A stretch of 24,928 nt of DNA, taken from positions 1 through 24,928 of IMG/VR virus record IMGVR_UViG_3300020045_003233; one strand, given 5' to 3'. Source of the DNA: a virus. Its lineage: Duplodnaviria > Caudoviricetes. Positions 16,437-24,921 of this stretch are shown in pieces (the stretch's first letter is position 1; every line of letters starts with the position of its first letter). The notes beneath the pieces are model-generated. The model was not told the DNA's origin and searched no databases. It saw only the letters and a list, made by a program, of their open reading frames with translations. Both the position numbers and the translations under genes were made by a program.

Positions 16437-19400
16437 CGACAACCCATTCATAGTTGGTTATTCCGGCGGCCCGCAGACAACGCCGTGGGACCCGGATATG
16501 GGCGGCAATGGCCCAAGGACTCCCAAGCCGAAAGATGACAACCCCTTTGTCGTGGGCTATCAGGGCGGCACAAAATCGGCAAGCCGCGCATCTACCAAGA
16601 AAGTCAACAGCCTGCAGCGCAAAGACATCACGATTGAGGCCACGGCTGAAAACGCACCGTTGCCTATTCTGTACGGTGAGGTCTCTGTTCCGGGTTACAT
16701 AGCAGGCACAATATCGGACGCAAACTATTTGTATCTCCGCGTGATATGGGGCGCGGGCGAAATCTACCAAGTCGTGAAGGTGTTTATTAACGGCGCTGCG
16801 CTTGGTTCTACCATTTCAGTGCAGCACTACAGGGGCACGCAGTACCAGGCGTCTGACGTATGGTTCAATGCACAAATACCGGCAACAGACGGCGTGGATA
16901 CGTTTCAATTCACGCGCGGCGCGGGATTGCTGGGTGTAGCGTACTCCACTTTTGCTATCCCTAACGCGGCCATTACCGACGCGCCGCGTTTTCAGGCCAT
17001 TATCCAAGGTACGTTAGTGTATGACCCGCGCGAGGCATTAGGCTCCGGCGACCCGTTTGAAAACGCGGTGGGCATGGACCTTCAGTTCATCGGCACAAAC
17101 GGCACGACGCCTGCTGACTGTGACCTGTCAACTCATAACACGACCGTGACGTGGTACAACGGCGCAAGCATACAGGGCAACCAGGCGTCATTTGATGGGA
17201 CTAACGATTATTTAACCGTCACAGAAACCGCCTATACCAAATTCGGCACAGGTAAATGGACGTTTGAGCTGAAATTTACCAGCGTGACGACGGCAGGCAA
17301 TGACCTGCTGGCAGCGAAGGGTGGCGGCGCTTCACCGAATGCCTGTTTTCTTCTTTTCAGGGTCGGAACAGGTATTGCGTTATATCTTTCATCTACCGGA
17401 ACAACCTGGGACGTGTTCAATGGCACGACCATCGGCACCGGCGTTACCGCTAATGTCGAGATGGACGTCCGGGTCGAATACGATGGGGACGGGCGGTACT
17501 TCGCCGGGATAGACGGTGAGTCGTCCACTGTCGCGGTCAATAAGTCAGCGATATATGAAAACACTCAAGCGTGGCTTTTGGGTGGCGGTGCTGGCGCAGA
17601 CTATCTACAAGGCACTATTCGATCTTGCCGATTGACGACAGGGGTTTTTCGCTACGGTGGCAGGACTGACTCCTCTGCCACGCCTTACACGGACTCCTTT
17701 TACTATCGCCCCGGCTACGTCTACAGCGACACATCGTCACTCTGCCTGGCCGATATTGCAACAAACCCGTTCTATGGTATGGGCGTTAGCGTCGTCAATA
17801 ATCTGGAGCAGGCGATAGCGTGGAATGAGGACGAATTAGATACCAGTATCACGCGCGCGCGGCTGAGTTTGGTGATTGACTCGAATCGCCCGACCGAGGA
17901 TTACCTCGATTTACTCGCCACTTATGCAGAGTGCTTTTGGTTTTACGAGGACGACGGGATAACCGTAGTGCCTGACAGGGCCATTAATGCGGAAAACCCT
18001 GCCGGGTGGGAAATGACAACCGATGGCGCTACGCTGGTAGACGCCTCATGGACTGAGGGCACGGGCTGGACATGGGTAGGGGCGACTGCCCATTTCTCAC
18101 ACTCAGCCGGTACTGCAAGCGTGATTAGCCAGACGGTCACCAAGGCGTTCGAGGCGGACGCTGTCTATACCGTGCTACTGGAAATCCCCTATTGGTCGGC
18201 AGGATCCTGTGGACTGAATCTGGACGGCTTGCCGTTGATAGAAAAGCAATCCGCTGCAGGCACCTATACCACCGAGTACACGGCGACAGGTACCGAAACG
18301 GGTTTAATCGAGGCAACCTGTGACTCCGCCTTTGTAGGCTGGGTGAGTGCTATCACCATCCACCGCAAGTACTGGCCGGAGACGTCCATTGTTAAAGGCT
18401 CGCTGAGTATCACAGGCGCGGCTGAATCCAGCATACCCACAAAAGTTATCCTGCACTACACGACGACTAGCGCATCCTCCCCGGACTGGACAAAAGCCGT
18501 CTATGACGACGCGGAGTTGCCAGGCGTCTCTACCGGTGACGCGCGCCTGATTGAAACCAGCCTTCATATGGAGGGCGTGTACCGCGCAGAGGAAGCCAGC
18601 GTAAAGGCGCGGTCAAAACTGGAGCGCATTACGGGCCGCGTGGATTACGCGTGGACGTCTACTGACAGGGCCATAGCATTACAGCGCGGAACGGTGGTCG
18701 AGATTAACGATACCGCCTATGGCGTCAACGAATTGGTGCGCGTTGAAAACGTCACCATGTCCGATTTCGGGCGCTATCAGGTTACCGCAACAAACTATTC
18801 AGAATCGCATTATCCCGGCGAAGTCGTGCTACCGGATTCTGCCACTATCCCCGTCGGGGTTATAGCCTTTTCTTATGACGGGCTAGCACCGTCCGGGTGG
18901 TCTGTCTATTCCGGCGCAGACGGGAAAATGATACTCGGTGCCGGCACTGGCGTCGCTGTCACGTCAACCGGCGGCTCCGCTACCTGTACGGTGACAGGGT
19001 TTAACACGGAGGCAAGCGCGGCGCATACCGGTAGCAATATAAGCGTGCATGACATACCCAGCGACAGCGGGACATTCCGGCAGGGCACAGGCGGTGCTTT
19101 GTCCGGCACGATACTCAGTCCCAGTCATATTGGGATTGCAGGGCACACGCACGCTGTCACGGTGTCGAGTTATAATCCCAGTATCTACCAGCGGCAAAAA
19201 GTCCTGATTCAGAAAATCACAACCTCTGCCTCAGAAATGCCCGCCAATACTGAAGTATTTGGGATAGACGGGCTGAGCATACCCAACCTGAGCCGCAACC
19301 TTGCCGAGGCTGGACGGTATTTGGCGGCGGCAGCGAATAACGCCAACGCGGGCACAAGCGGTGTGCAAACCATTTCGGCCACAATCGGCTACACGGACGA

Positions 19401-20580
19401 CACGCACGACCACTATACAGCCGTCTCTGTTACAGATGGTAAAATTATCGACGCTGCCTCTGGTAGCTATATCTATGAATTGGGCGGCAGCAACCACAAC
19501 CACGGCGGCGCTATCAGCCTTTCCTCTGGCAGGCTACTGCGGCGGCGCAATCTGGCGCTATACACAGGGACTTCCGCCTACCAGATTGACCAAGGGGTGA
19601 TATTTATGTGGGCCGGGTCACTAAGCGCGCCGCCCGATAATTACACGCTGATGAATGGCAAGCTAGGCACGATTGATATGACAAACTACTTTGTCATGGT
19701 GGCCGCCAGCGGCGAGTCATGGATTGGGTCTGATGGGTTTTTAGGTGCCCATGCGGAGTACATCGCAGGCGCAACCAGTAGCGTGAGCCACGACCACGCT
19801 GGCACTTACACTACCAGTCCACTGGTGCAGCGAAGCACAACACACGCGGCGTCCGTGTCCCACAATCACCAGATACTTACCATCGAAGCCTATACCCCGG
19901 CGTATTGTGCCCTCGGCTTTATCATGTACAACCCCAATCCTATATCCTCATGGATTGACCGTGGCTTACTCATTTCCGGTGGCGGCACCAATGGCGGGAC
20001 AACGATTGACGACGCGGGACCGGATAACCTGACGGCCACGGCATCGGGCTCGCCAAACTACGATAGCGCGCAGACTATTTTCGGATTGAATGCGATATAC
20101 AACACCACGGGCGACCGGCTGTCATATCCCTCTTTTGATTGGGGCAAAAAGTTTACGCTAGAGGGCTTTTTCAGGGCTGACACGGCGGCAACCGGCGAAA
20201 TGATGGGCAACAGTACCGGGGCGGCGGAGCATTTCAGTATCCGCTACGCCACAGGAACGGGGATACAGTTTGTGCTAGATGGCTCCGTAAACCTGACAAG
20301 TGCCTCGATTGCTACTAACACATGGTTTTATGTCGCCCTCGTGTACGACGGTGCGCTGTGGCGGTTTTACGTGGGCACACAGGCCAGCGGCGTGGCTACC
20401 CTGATAGGCACTCAGGCGGACGTTGTAACCTCATTTGCAACTAACTGTTGGATAGGCAATAACAACGTGCCAAACTCCGCATTTCGTGGGCACTATGGCC
20501 AGATACGCCACACGCGCGGCGCAGCATTGTACACAGCCAGCGCCTTTGCTATCCCGTCCGCAGCTTTCCCAACGAGTTAA
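16429..20580 (+). CDS. Large tail tip/fibre protein (gpJ-like hub with LamG-like, collar-like and His-motif modules)
   Basis: PLPILYGE hub motif, G..VYDPR, CLAD...NP.YG.G; two LamG/ConA-like domains (~17050-17690, ~19950-20577); collar-like repeats with HxH motifs (~18845-19930). Confidence 0.85.
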   Translation: MADDNPFIVGYSGGPQTTPWDPDMGGNGPRTPKPKDDNPFVVGYQGGTKSASRASTKKVNSLQRKDITIEATAENAPLPILYGEVSVPGYIAGTISDANYLYLRVIWGAGEIYQVVKVFINGAALGSTISVQHYRGTQYQASDVWFNAQIPATDGVDTFQFTRGAGLLGVAYSTFAIPNAAITDAPRFQAIIQGTLVYDPREALGSGDPFENAVGMDLQFIGTNGTTPADCDLSTHNTTVTWYNGASIQGNQASFDGTNDYLTVTETAYTKFGTGKWTFELKFTSVTTAGNDLLAAKGGGASPNACFLLFRVGTGIALYLSSTGTTWDVFNGTTIGTGVTANVEMDVRVEYDGDGRYFAGIDGESSTVAVNKSAIYENTQAWLLGGGAGADYLQGTIRSCRLTTGVFRYGGRTDSSATPYTDSFYYRPGYVYSDTSSLCLADIATNPFYGMGVSVVNNLEQAIAWNEDELDTSITRARLSLVIDSNRPTEDYLDLLATYAECFWFYEDDGITVVPDRAINAENPAGWEMTTDGATLVDASWTEGTGWTWVGATAHFSHSAGTASVISQTVTKAFEADAVYTVLLEIPYWSAGSCGLNLDGLPLIEKQSAAGTYTTEYTATGTETGLIEATCDSAFVGWVSAITIHRKYWPETSIVKGSLSITGAAESSIPTKVILHYTTTSASSPDWTKAVYDDAELPGVSTGDARLIETSLHMEGVYRAEEASVKARSKLERITGRVDYAWTSTDRAIALQRGTVVEINDTAYGVNELVRVENVTMSDFGRYQVTATNYSESHYPGEVVLPDSATIPVGVIAFSYDGLAPSGWSVYSGADGKMILGAGTGVAVTSTGGSATCTVTGFNTEASAAHTGSNISVHDIPSDSGTFRQGTGGALSGTILSPSHIGIAGHTHAVTVSSYNPSIYQRQKVLIQKITTSASEMPANTEVFGIDGLSIPNLSRNLAEAGRYLAAAANNANAGTSGVQTISATIGYTDDTHDHYTAVSVTDGKIIDAASGSYIYELGGSNHNHGGAISLSSGRLLRRRNLALYTGTSAYQIDQGVIFMWAGSLSAPPDNYTLMNGKLGTIDMTNYFVMVAASGESWIGSDGFLGAHAEYIAGATSSVSHDHAGTYTTSPLVQRSTTHAASVSHNHQILTIEAYTPAYCALGFIMYNPNPISSWIDRGLLISGGGTNGGTTIDDAGPDNLTATASGSPNYDSAQTIFGLNAIYNTTGDRLSYPSFDWGKKFTLEGFFRADTAATGEMMGNSTGAAEHFSIRYATGTGIQFVLDGSVNLTSASIATNTWFYVALVYDGALWRFYVGTQASGVATLIGTQADVVTSFATNCWIGNNNVPNSAFRGHYGQIRHTRGAALYTASAFAIPSAAFPTS

Positions 20581-20582
20581 TA

Positions 20583-20843
20583 ATGAATAAGCGACTTTTG
20601 CTGAAGCGGTTGCGGCGATTGGCCGCGTCCTGTGACCCGTCAACCCCGGAGCGACGGTTTGCTGTGAGAATGTTTCTATGGATACGGTGTAGGATAACAG
20701 GCACCATGCCCTCGAAGCATATCCCGGCTTACCTGTTGGAGCGTCCGAGGCCAGACCAGGACGACGCGGATGCACAAGTTACTACGCTGGCACAAGCTAA
20801 AAATGTTTTTAACGCGATATTCAACGATGCTATGTCTGAGTAG
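20583..20843 (+). CDS. Hypothetical protein (86 aa), possibly tail fibre-associated
   Basis: ATG directly after the tail tip stop codon; last gene of the + strand block. Confidence 0.55.
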   Translation: MNKRLLLKRLRRLAASCDPSTPERRFAVRMFLWIRCRITGTMPSKHIPAYLLERPRPDQDDADAQVTTLAQAKNVFNAIFNDAMSE

Positions 20844-20994
20844 CCAGCCGCCTCCCCAGCTCCCTGATAAACTCCCCTAACCTGTAAACCGCCTTCGCTT
20901 CCGCCTCTTGCTCAGTGACAACCAGAATGGCGTAGACGTTAGCGGCGTAGTCGTCCATTTCCTCTGGCGTAATTTCTTCCACTGGCTTAGTCAT
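20830..20994 (-). CDS. Hypothetical protein (54 aa), not in ORF track
   Basis: Manual translation MTKPVEEITPEEMDDYAANVYAILVVTEQEAEAKAVYRLGEFIRELGRRLATQT*; ATG abuts the stop of the upstream gene at 20995. Confidence 0.65.
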   Translation of the reverse strand: MTKPVEEITPEEMDDYAANVYAILVVTEQEAEAKAVYRLGEFIRELGRRLATQT

Positions 20995-21219
20995 TCATGT
21001 AGCGCGGAGTGCATTATTGATATTGGCCCAATCTCTGTCGCGTAGCGAAAAAGCCTCGATAATGCGCTGAACATCAGAATTACATAGCGCCTCTGCCACA
21101 GCCTCCAGCGCGGAGATGCGCTTTTCTTGGTGCTTCCATGCGTCCCTTGCTAAGTCTCGGCAACTATCGGGTGGCTGCTGAAAACAAACCGTTCTTAGCC
21201 ATTCTTCAAAGTCACTCAT
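20995..21219 (-). CDS. Hypothetical protein (74 aa)
   Basis: Start re-placed at MSDFEEW (ATGAGTGA overlap with the upstream stop, GAGG RBS); F.EW...A..AW pattern is common in small phage proteins. Confidence 0.7.
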   Translation of the reverse strand: MSDFEEWLRTVCFQQPPDSCRDLARDAWKHQEKRISALEAVAEALCNSDVQRIIEAFSLRDRDWANINNALRAT

Positions 21220-21481
21220 TTTTCGTTGCCTCACGTCGCTCGAAATAATTACAGCGCGTACAGCCCCACATAAGCGGATGCCGATGACCCCACCATTCAA
21301 AGATGTGGTCATCAGGTTGACACTTCACGGTATAATTAAGGGATAACTCAGTGGTGTACTGAAATGTTTTTCCGCAGTCGCCACACTCCTGATCGTGGGT
21401 TTCATCCTCCGCATACCCGTAACCATCATCGTGGTTGATTTCTTGAGTGGAGTTACAGTATGGACATTCAACGTCACTCAT
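21212..21481 (-). CDS. Zinc-ribbon protein
   Basis: CPYC...CGDC and C...H...CTRC; translationally coupled to neighbours. Confidence 0.75.
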   Translation of the reverse strand: MSDVECPYCNSTQEINHDDGYGYAEDETHDQECGDCGKTFQYTTELSLNYTVKCQPDDHIFEWWGHRHPLMWGCTRCNYFERREATKNE

Positions 21482-21752
21482 CTTTCATTGCCTCTGGTGG
21501 TGCTATGCAGTCCATATCAAACCCGTAATACTCAGCCAACTTTATAGCGGTTGATATTCGCGGGTTTGGTGTTTTGCTGTTTTCTAAATCCGATAAATTA
21601 GACTTAGAAACCCCTGTTTCGGCACAGACTGTATCAAGCGTCAATTTCGCGTTAAGCCGATACCATTTAATCAATTCACCGAACGGCTCTCTTTCAATGC
21701 TTTGGCGATTTATGCGCGGATAGTAACGTACCCCATCAATAATAACTTTCAT
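21474..21752 (-). CDS. XRE-family helix-turn-helix protein
   Basis: FGELIK.YR....LTLD.V...TGVSKSNLSDLE......NPRISTAIKLA.YYG. Confidence 0.88.
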   Translation of the reverse strand: MKVIIDGVRYYPRINRQSIEREPFGELIKWYRLNAKLTLDTVCAETGVSKSNLSDLENSKTPNPRISTAIKLAEYYGFDMDCIAPPEAMKDE

Positions 21753-22066
21753 TTCACCTTCTCCATCTCAGACCGTATCGCTGCCAGTGCGGTGTCGCGG
21801 TCTGCTTCGGTAGTAAAATGCAGAGTTAGCCTTTCCACACCTAAAGCCCATCCGTTGTTTATACGAGGAATCGTCACCGTGATCGTGCGGGGGCGGCGAC
21901 GGAATTCATAATATCGGTGATTCACTCTGGCTAGCGGGTTAGCAGACTCGTTACAAATTTCCCAATCATCTTCTCTGTAGCGAAACTCGAACTGTTTCCA
22001 CCAAGTCTCGTTGTGCTGCATTTCCTGGGCACAGTCGAGGATGATCTGCTTCTGTTCTGGTGTCAT
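21749..22066 (-). CDS. Hypothetical protein (105 aa)
   Basis: ATG with GGAG RBS; YEFRRRPRTITV motif; overlaps the next gene by 4 nt. Confidence 0.7.
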   Translation of the reverse strand: MTPEQKQIILDCAQEMQHNETWWKQFEFRYREDDWEICNESANPLARVNHRYYEFRRRPRTITVTIPRINNGWALGVERLTLHFTTEADRDTALAAIRSEMEKVK

Positions 22067-22127
22067 TTGGTGGGCTCCATTGCTAATTTACTGTTAGTCG
22101 CTGATTATTTAGCACTCGTGGGGTAGG

Positions 22128-22409
22128 TTAAACAATGTCAATTCCCCAATGGTTTGCGCTGGCAGGCGGCATTGATCGCCATACCCTTTTGGCCTGGGCA
22201 ATATTGCGCTGCCTGATACCACGGCAAAACTCTAACGGCATCCAGTACCCATCACTCCACTGCCTGCCACAGCGTATACACGTCGAATCCCATCCGTACC
22301 ACGGCGTAAAAAAAGACAGCATCCGTGTGCGCTTTTTGCAATCCAAGCAGGTAGTGGCCGTCGCCCGTTTCGCTGTGGCTTGTGGTGCATAAATGTGAAT
22401 AGCGGTCAT
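22128..22409 (-). CDS. Zinc-finger hypothetical protein
   Basis: CLDC...CIRCG; start could be 22409 or 22433. Confidence 0.6.
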   Translation of the reverse strand: MTAIHIYAPQATAKRATATTCLDCKKRTRMLSFFTPWYGWDSTCIRCGRQWSDGYWMPLEFCRGIRQRNIAQAKRVWRSMPPASANHWGIDIV

Positions 22410-22439
22410 AGCTGGCACTCGTGGCTCAGGCATAGGGTG

Positions 22440-22772
22440 TCAAGCATGGCTGTCATCCTGTATAGCCTGCCGCCGGTAGTCCAGATACCCGCGACCAAAC
22501 CACGACTTAAACGCCCGGTAAAAGTTATGGCCTGAAGCGTACCCGCAGGCATCTGATAACCTCGAGGCATTGATTCTAGGTTGGGCCATTAACTCCGTCG
22601 TGCGCCGCTTGCGCTCCGCTTCTATCAGCTCAGAAAAGCGATTGCTTTCCAGCCTCAGCCGCCTAGCTAATGTCGTATCTGACATAGCCAGTGCGCTCGC
22701 TACACGCTGCCGACTGGTATAGGCCAGGTCTGCGGTTTTCAGGTAGTCGGCTACTCTCTGCGCGGCTGTCAT
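22440..22772 (-). CDS. Stand-alone AraC-type helix-turn-helix protein
   Basis: VASALAMS.TTL.RRL..E...F..L....R and CGY.....FYRAFKSWFG....DYR, the AraC C-terminal signature; no sensor domain. Confidence 0.85.
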   Translation of the reverse strand: MTAAQRVADYLKTADLAYTSRQRVASALAMSDTTLARRLRLESNRFSELIEAERKRRTTELMAQPRINASRLSDACGYASGHNFYRAFKSWFGRGYLDYRRQAIQDDSHA

Positions 22773-23569
22773 GCGGCAAGCTCCTTCACTTCCTTAATGG
22801 CTTTCAGGTGTTCCGGCTTCAACAATCCGCCCAATAGCTTGCGCTGTATAGGCGTCTGGAATGCCTCAATGATTTCAAGCAACCCGTCTGTATCGTGGTT
22901 CCTGACATGCTCTTCAACCTGGGCCACGGTGTTGTGCAGGATTTCAAAGCCGTCTGTAATTAGCTTGTTTGCTATCTTCTTTCCTGACACAATCTGTCCC
23001 GGCGGGAAAGTCGATTGCAGCGCACCAAATACGTCATCGCCTACGGTTTTCGTGAAACAGAGAAACCCGAACGGGTCATTATTGGCGCTGATAAAGGCGT
23101 CAAACTCTTCTTTTTGTACATCGGTATAGGGCTGGTATTCAGGGAACCGGCCTTCGTCATTCTCGCCAGTCTCAAGGCCAAAGGTTTTCAGCATGGCGTA
23201 TTTCACAGCGTATGACATGGCCTTGCCGGGTGCCTTGTCCTGATTGTCTGCAGCGTGTCCGTTTACCGTGACTGTGAGACAATCATCGGGCTTGTCCATA
23301 TTGTGGAAATGCACCGCGTAGTCGCCAGAATACAAATGCTGCTTTATCTCTTTTGACTTATCGACATAAACAAGCATTTCACTTTTCAATTGCTCAACTC
23401 GCGTGACAATGCCCTGGGCTACCATTTCTTTTCGCAGGACGGCCAACACCATGTCGTGAGAAACGGCCTTGTAACTGCCCCGCCCGGTGTCAACCGTCGC
23501 GTCTTTCTGGACGTATTCAACGGCTTTCATTACAGCATTAACTCGCTGATAAATGTTTAATTCACTCAT
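22769..23569 (-). CDS. erf: ERF-family single-strand annealing recombinase
   Basis: NIYQR...V..V.YVQKD, YKAVSHD.V, DKAPGKAMSYAVKYAMLKTFGLETGE.D. Confidence 0.88.
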   Translation of the reverse strand: MSELNIYQRVNAVMKAVEYVQKDATVDTGRGSYKAVSHDMVLAVLRKEMVAQGIVTRVEQLKSEMLVYVDKSKEIKQHLYSGDYAVHFHNMDKPDDCLTVTVNGHAADNQDKAPGKAMSYAVKYAMLKTFGLETGENDEGRFPEYQPYTDVQKEEFDAFISANNDPFGFLCFTKTVGDDVFGALQSTFPPGQIVSGKKIANKLITDGFEILHNTVAQVEEHVRNHDTDGLLEIIEAFQTPIQRKLLGGLLKPEHLKAIKEVKELAA

Positions 23570-23874
23570 TACCGTACGCCCCGCTGTGCCTGCAATTCCT
23601 GTAGGGTTTCTGCCTGTAGCTCACGCACCATTTCTCGGCGGCTGTCTCCGCGCATATCCAGCTTTTCTGCCTTACGCCGGTAGTCTTGCGCTACCAGAGA
23701 TTCCAGTTCCGCTTTGGCTTGCACAAGTTCGTCGTCTGACAAACTGGGCATGACGTTGTGGTGTTTGGTGACTGACTTGGGATAGTGCAGGGCCTTTAAA
23801 TAAGGCGAGCCGTCTTCATGGCAGTCGTAGTCAACCGAAAATGTTACTTCAATGGTGATTGTTTCAACGCTCAT
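23569..23874 (-). CDS. Hypothetical protein (101 aa)
   Basis: Start re-placed at MSVETITIEV (ATGA overlap with the upstream stop); stop overlaps the erf start. Confidence 0.65.
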   Translation of the reverse strand: MSVETITIEVTFSVDYDCHEDGSPYLKALHYPKSVTKHHNVMPSLSDDELVQAKAELESLVAQDYRRKAEKLDMRGDSRREMVRELQAETLQELQAQRGVR

Positions 23875-23999
23875 ATCTTTTCCCCTATCCAGACAAATAA
23901 ATACAGCCAGCCAAAGCCAATTAAAAACCCGCCAGCCATACGGCACAGCACTAATGCAATATGCTCGCGCTCGCACATATCCAGCGCCCGCCTATTCAT
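23871..23999 (-). CDS. Small membrane protein (42 aa)
   Basis: [13 protein letters not shown] followed by one hydrophobic helix (MAGGFLIGFGWLYLFVWIG); coupled overlaps on both sides. Confidence 0.55.
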   Translation of the reverse strand: MNRRALDMCEREHIALVLCRMAGGFLIGFGWLYLFVWIGEKI

Positions 24000-24264
24000 G
24001 GCGACCCGCCAGCCACTCGTTGTAGTGGTCAGAAACAAGCTCGTAATCTTCATCAGTCACTTCAACGTCAAAGCCGTACCACTGCACAAGCGGGAAATCC
24101 TCGCCCTGTGGTGTGTACTTCAATTCGCGGATCGGCACGTCCAGAATGACGCGGGCCATAGGCTCAGGCGGCGGCGGTATCGCAGCGAGTGCGGCAATAG
24201 ATTTGCCCAGCTCGGTAGAGTCAATGCCTGTCAGGCGGTCGAATGCTTCCTGTGTGTTGGTCAT
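23992..24264 (-). CDS. Acidic hypothetical protein (90 aa)
   Basis: GAGG RBS and ATGA coupling to the pentapeptide gene. Confidence 0.7.
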   Translation of the reverse strand: MTNTQEAFDRLTGIDSTELGKSIAALAAIPPPPEPMARVILDVPIRELKYTPQGEDFPLVQWYGFDVEVTDEDYELVSDHYNEWLAGRHE

Positions 24265-24806
24265 GCTGCTACCTCGCTAACTGTTTTCGGTGTCCATATT
24301 TCGCAATGCGCGTCAATCATGGCGAGTGCCGCCTTGTACTCTCGTGCATGGATTGATCCTGTGTCGCCATGAGTAATTTCTAGCCGCTCTAAAAATTGTT
24401 CGCGTGTTCCGAAAAAACAACCGGCACGCAGGCGCAAGCCTTGCGTTGTAATGTAGGCAACGAAAGTTCGTGACGAGGAACCTATGGGGCCGATCATGAA
24501 AACCGGGCGAATGCCGGTCAAAACTGATTTATCGTCCAGATTCGCACCGAACAGATTCGCATGGGCCAGATTCGCATGGGCCAGATTCGCACCGTCCAGA
24601 TTCGCACCGTCCAGATTCGCACCGACCAGATTCGCACCGTACAGATTCGCATGGGCCAGATTCGCATGGGCTTTCACGCCGATTTCCAGCGCACCACGGA
24701 TTTTGAATTTCTCTGATATTTTAGCGTCAACTTCGGCGCTGAATAGAATATTGCTGCTATCCCATCGCGAAACGATATCGAGGGTTAGTGTTTTCTTATC
24801 GGCCAT
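24261..24806 (-). CDS. Pentapeptide-repeat protein with conserved C-terminal domain (DUF5758-like)
   Basis: Nine ANLxx repeats; C-terminal IGPIGS...RAGCFFGT..F...HG...Y; GGGAGAG RBS. Confidence 0.88.
   Translation of the reverse strand: MADKKTLTLDIVSRWDSSNILFSAEVDAKISEKFKIRGALEIGVKAHANLAHANLYGANLVGANLDGANLDGANLAHANLAHANLFGANLDDKSVLTGIRPVFMIGPIGSSSRTFVAYITTQGLRLRAGCFFGTREQFLERLEITHGDTGSIHAREYKAALAMIDAHCEIWTPKTVSEVAA
24537..24671. repeat. 15-bp tandem repeat x9 encoding pentapeptides
   Basis: CAGATTCGCA core at 24537, 24552 ... 24657 with 5-nt variable parts (CCGAA, TGGGC, TGGGC, CCGTC, CCGTC, CCGAC, CCGTA, TGGGC, TGGGC). Confidence 0.95.
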
Positions 24807-24841
24807 GTTTTCTCTCCCTGCCCATTGGTGGGCGTGAGTTA

Positions 24842-24870
24842 AATCTAGTCCTAATCAAATATGCTGTCAA
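24842..24870 (-). promoter_or_regulatory. Sigma70 promoter for the leftward early operon
   Basis: On the - strand, TTGACA (24870-24865) - 17 nt - TAGATT (24847-24842), with an AT-rich UP-like tract upstream. Confidence 0.8.
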
Positions 24871-24892
24871 TACAAAAAATTAAAAATAATTC

Positions 24893-24921
24893 TTGATTGT
24901 CATTACATTTTTAGATAGCCT
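24893..24921 (+). promoter_or_regulatory. Possible divergent rightward sigma70 promoter
   Basis: TTGATT (24893-24898) - 17 nt - TAGCCT (24916-24921); target gene is outside the window. Confidence 0.45.

Noticed and set aside
16429-20580. Diversity-generating retroelement target in the tail tip
   Set aside because: No reverse transcriptase and no near-identical template/variable repeat pair seen; the two LamG-like domains are highly diverged.
23569-23976. Extended starts in the ORF track (23976, 24053, 21312)
   Set aside because: They overlap upstream genes extensively; shorter starts give stop/start coupling and better RBSs.
24537-24671. Regular repeat array resembling a CRISPR
   Set aside because: Period is 15 bp with only 5-nt variable parts, it lies in frame inside a pentapeptide-repeat CDS, and there are no cas genes.
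23818-24837. + strand ORFs of 184 aa and 117 aa
   Set aside because: Antisense to the coupled - strand operon; the 117-aa repeat ([10 protein letters not shown]) is the reverse reading of the pentapeptide array.
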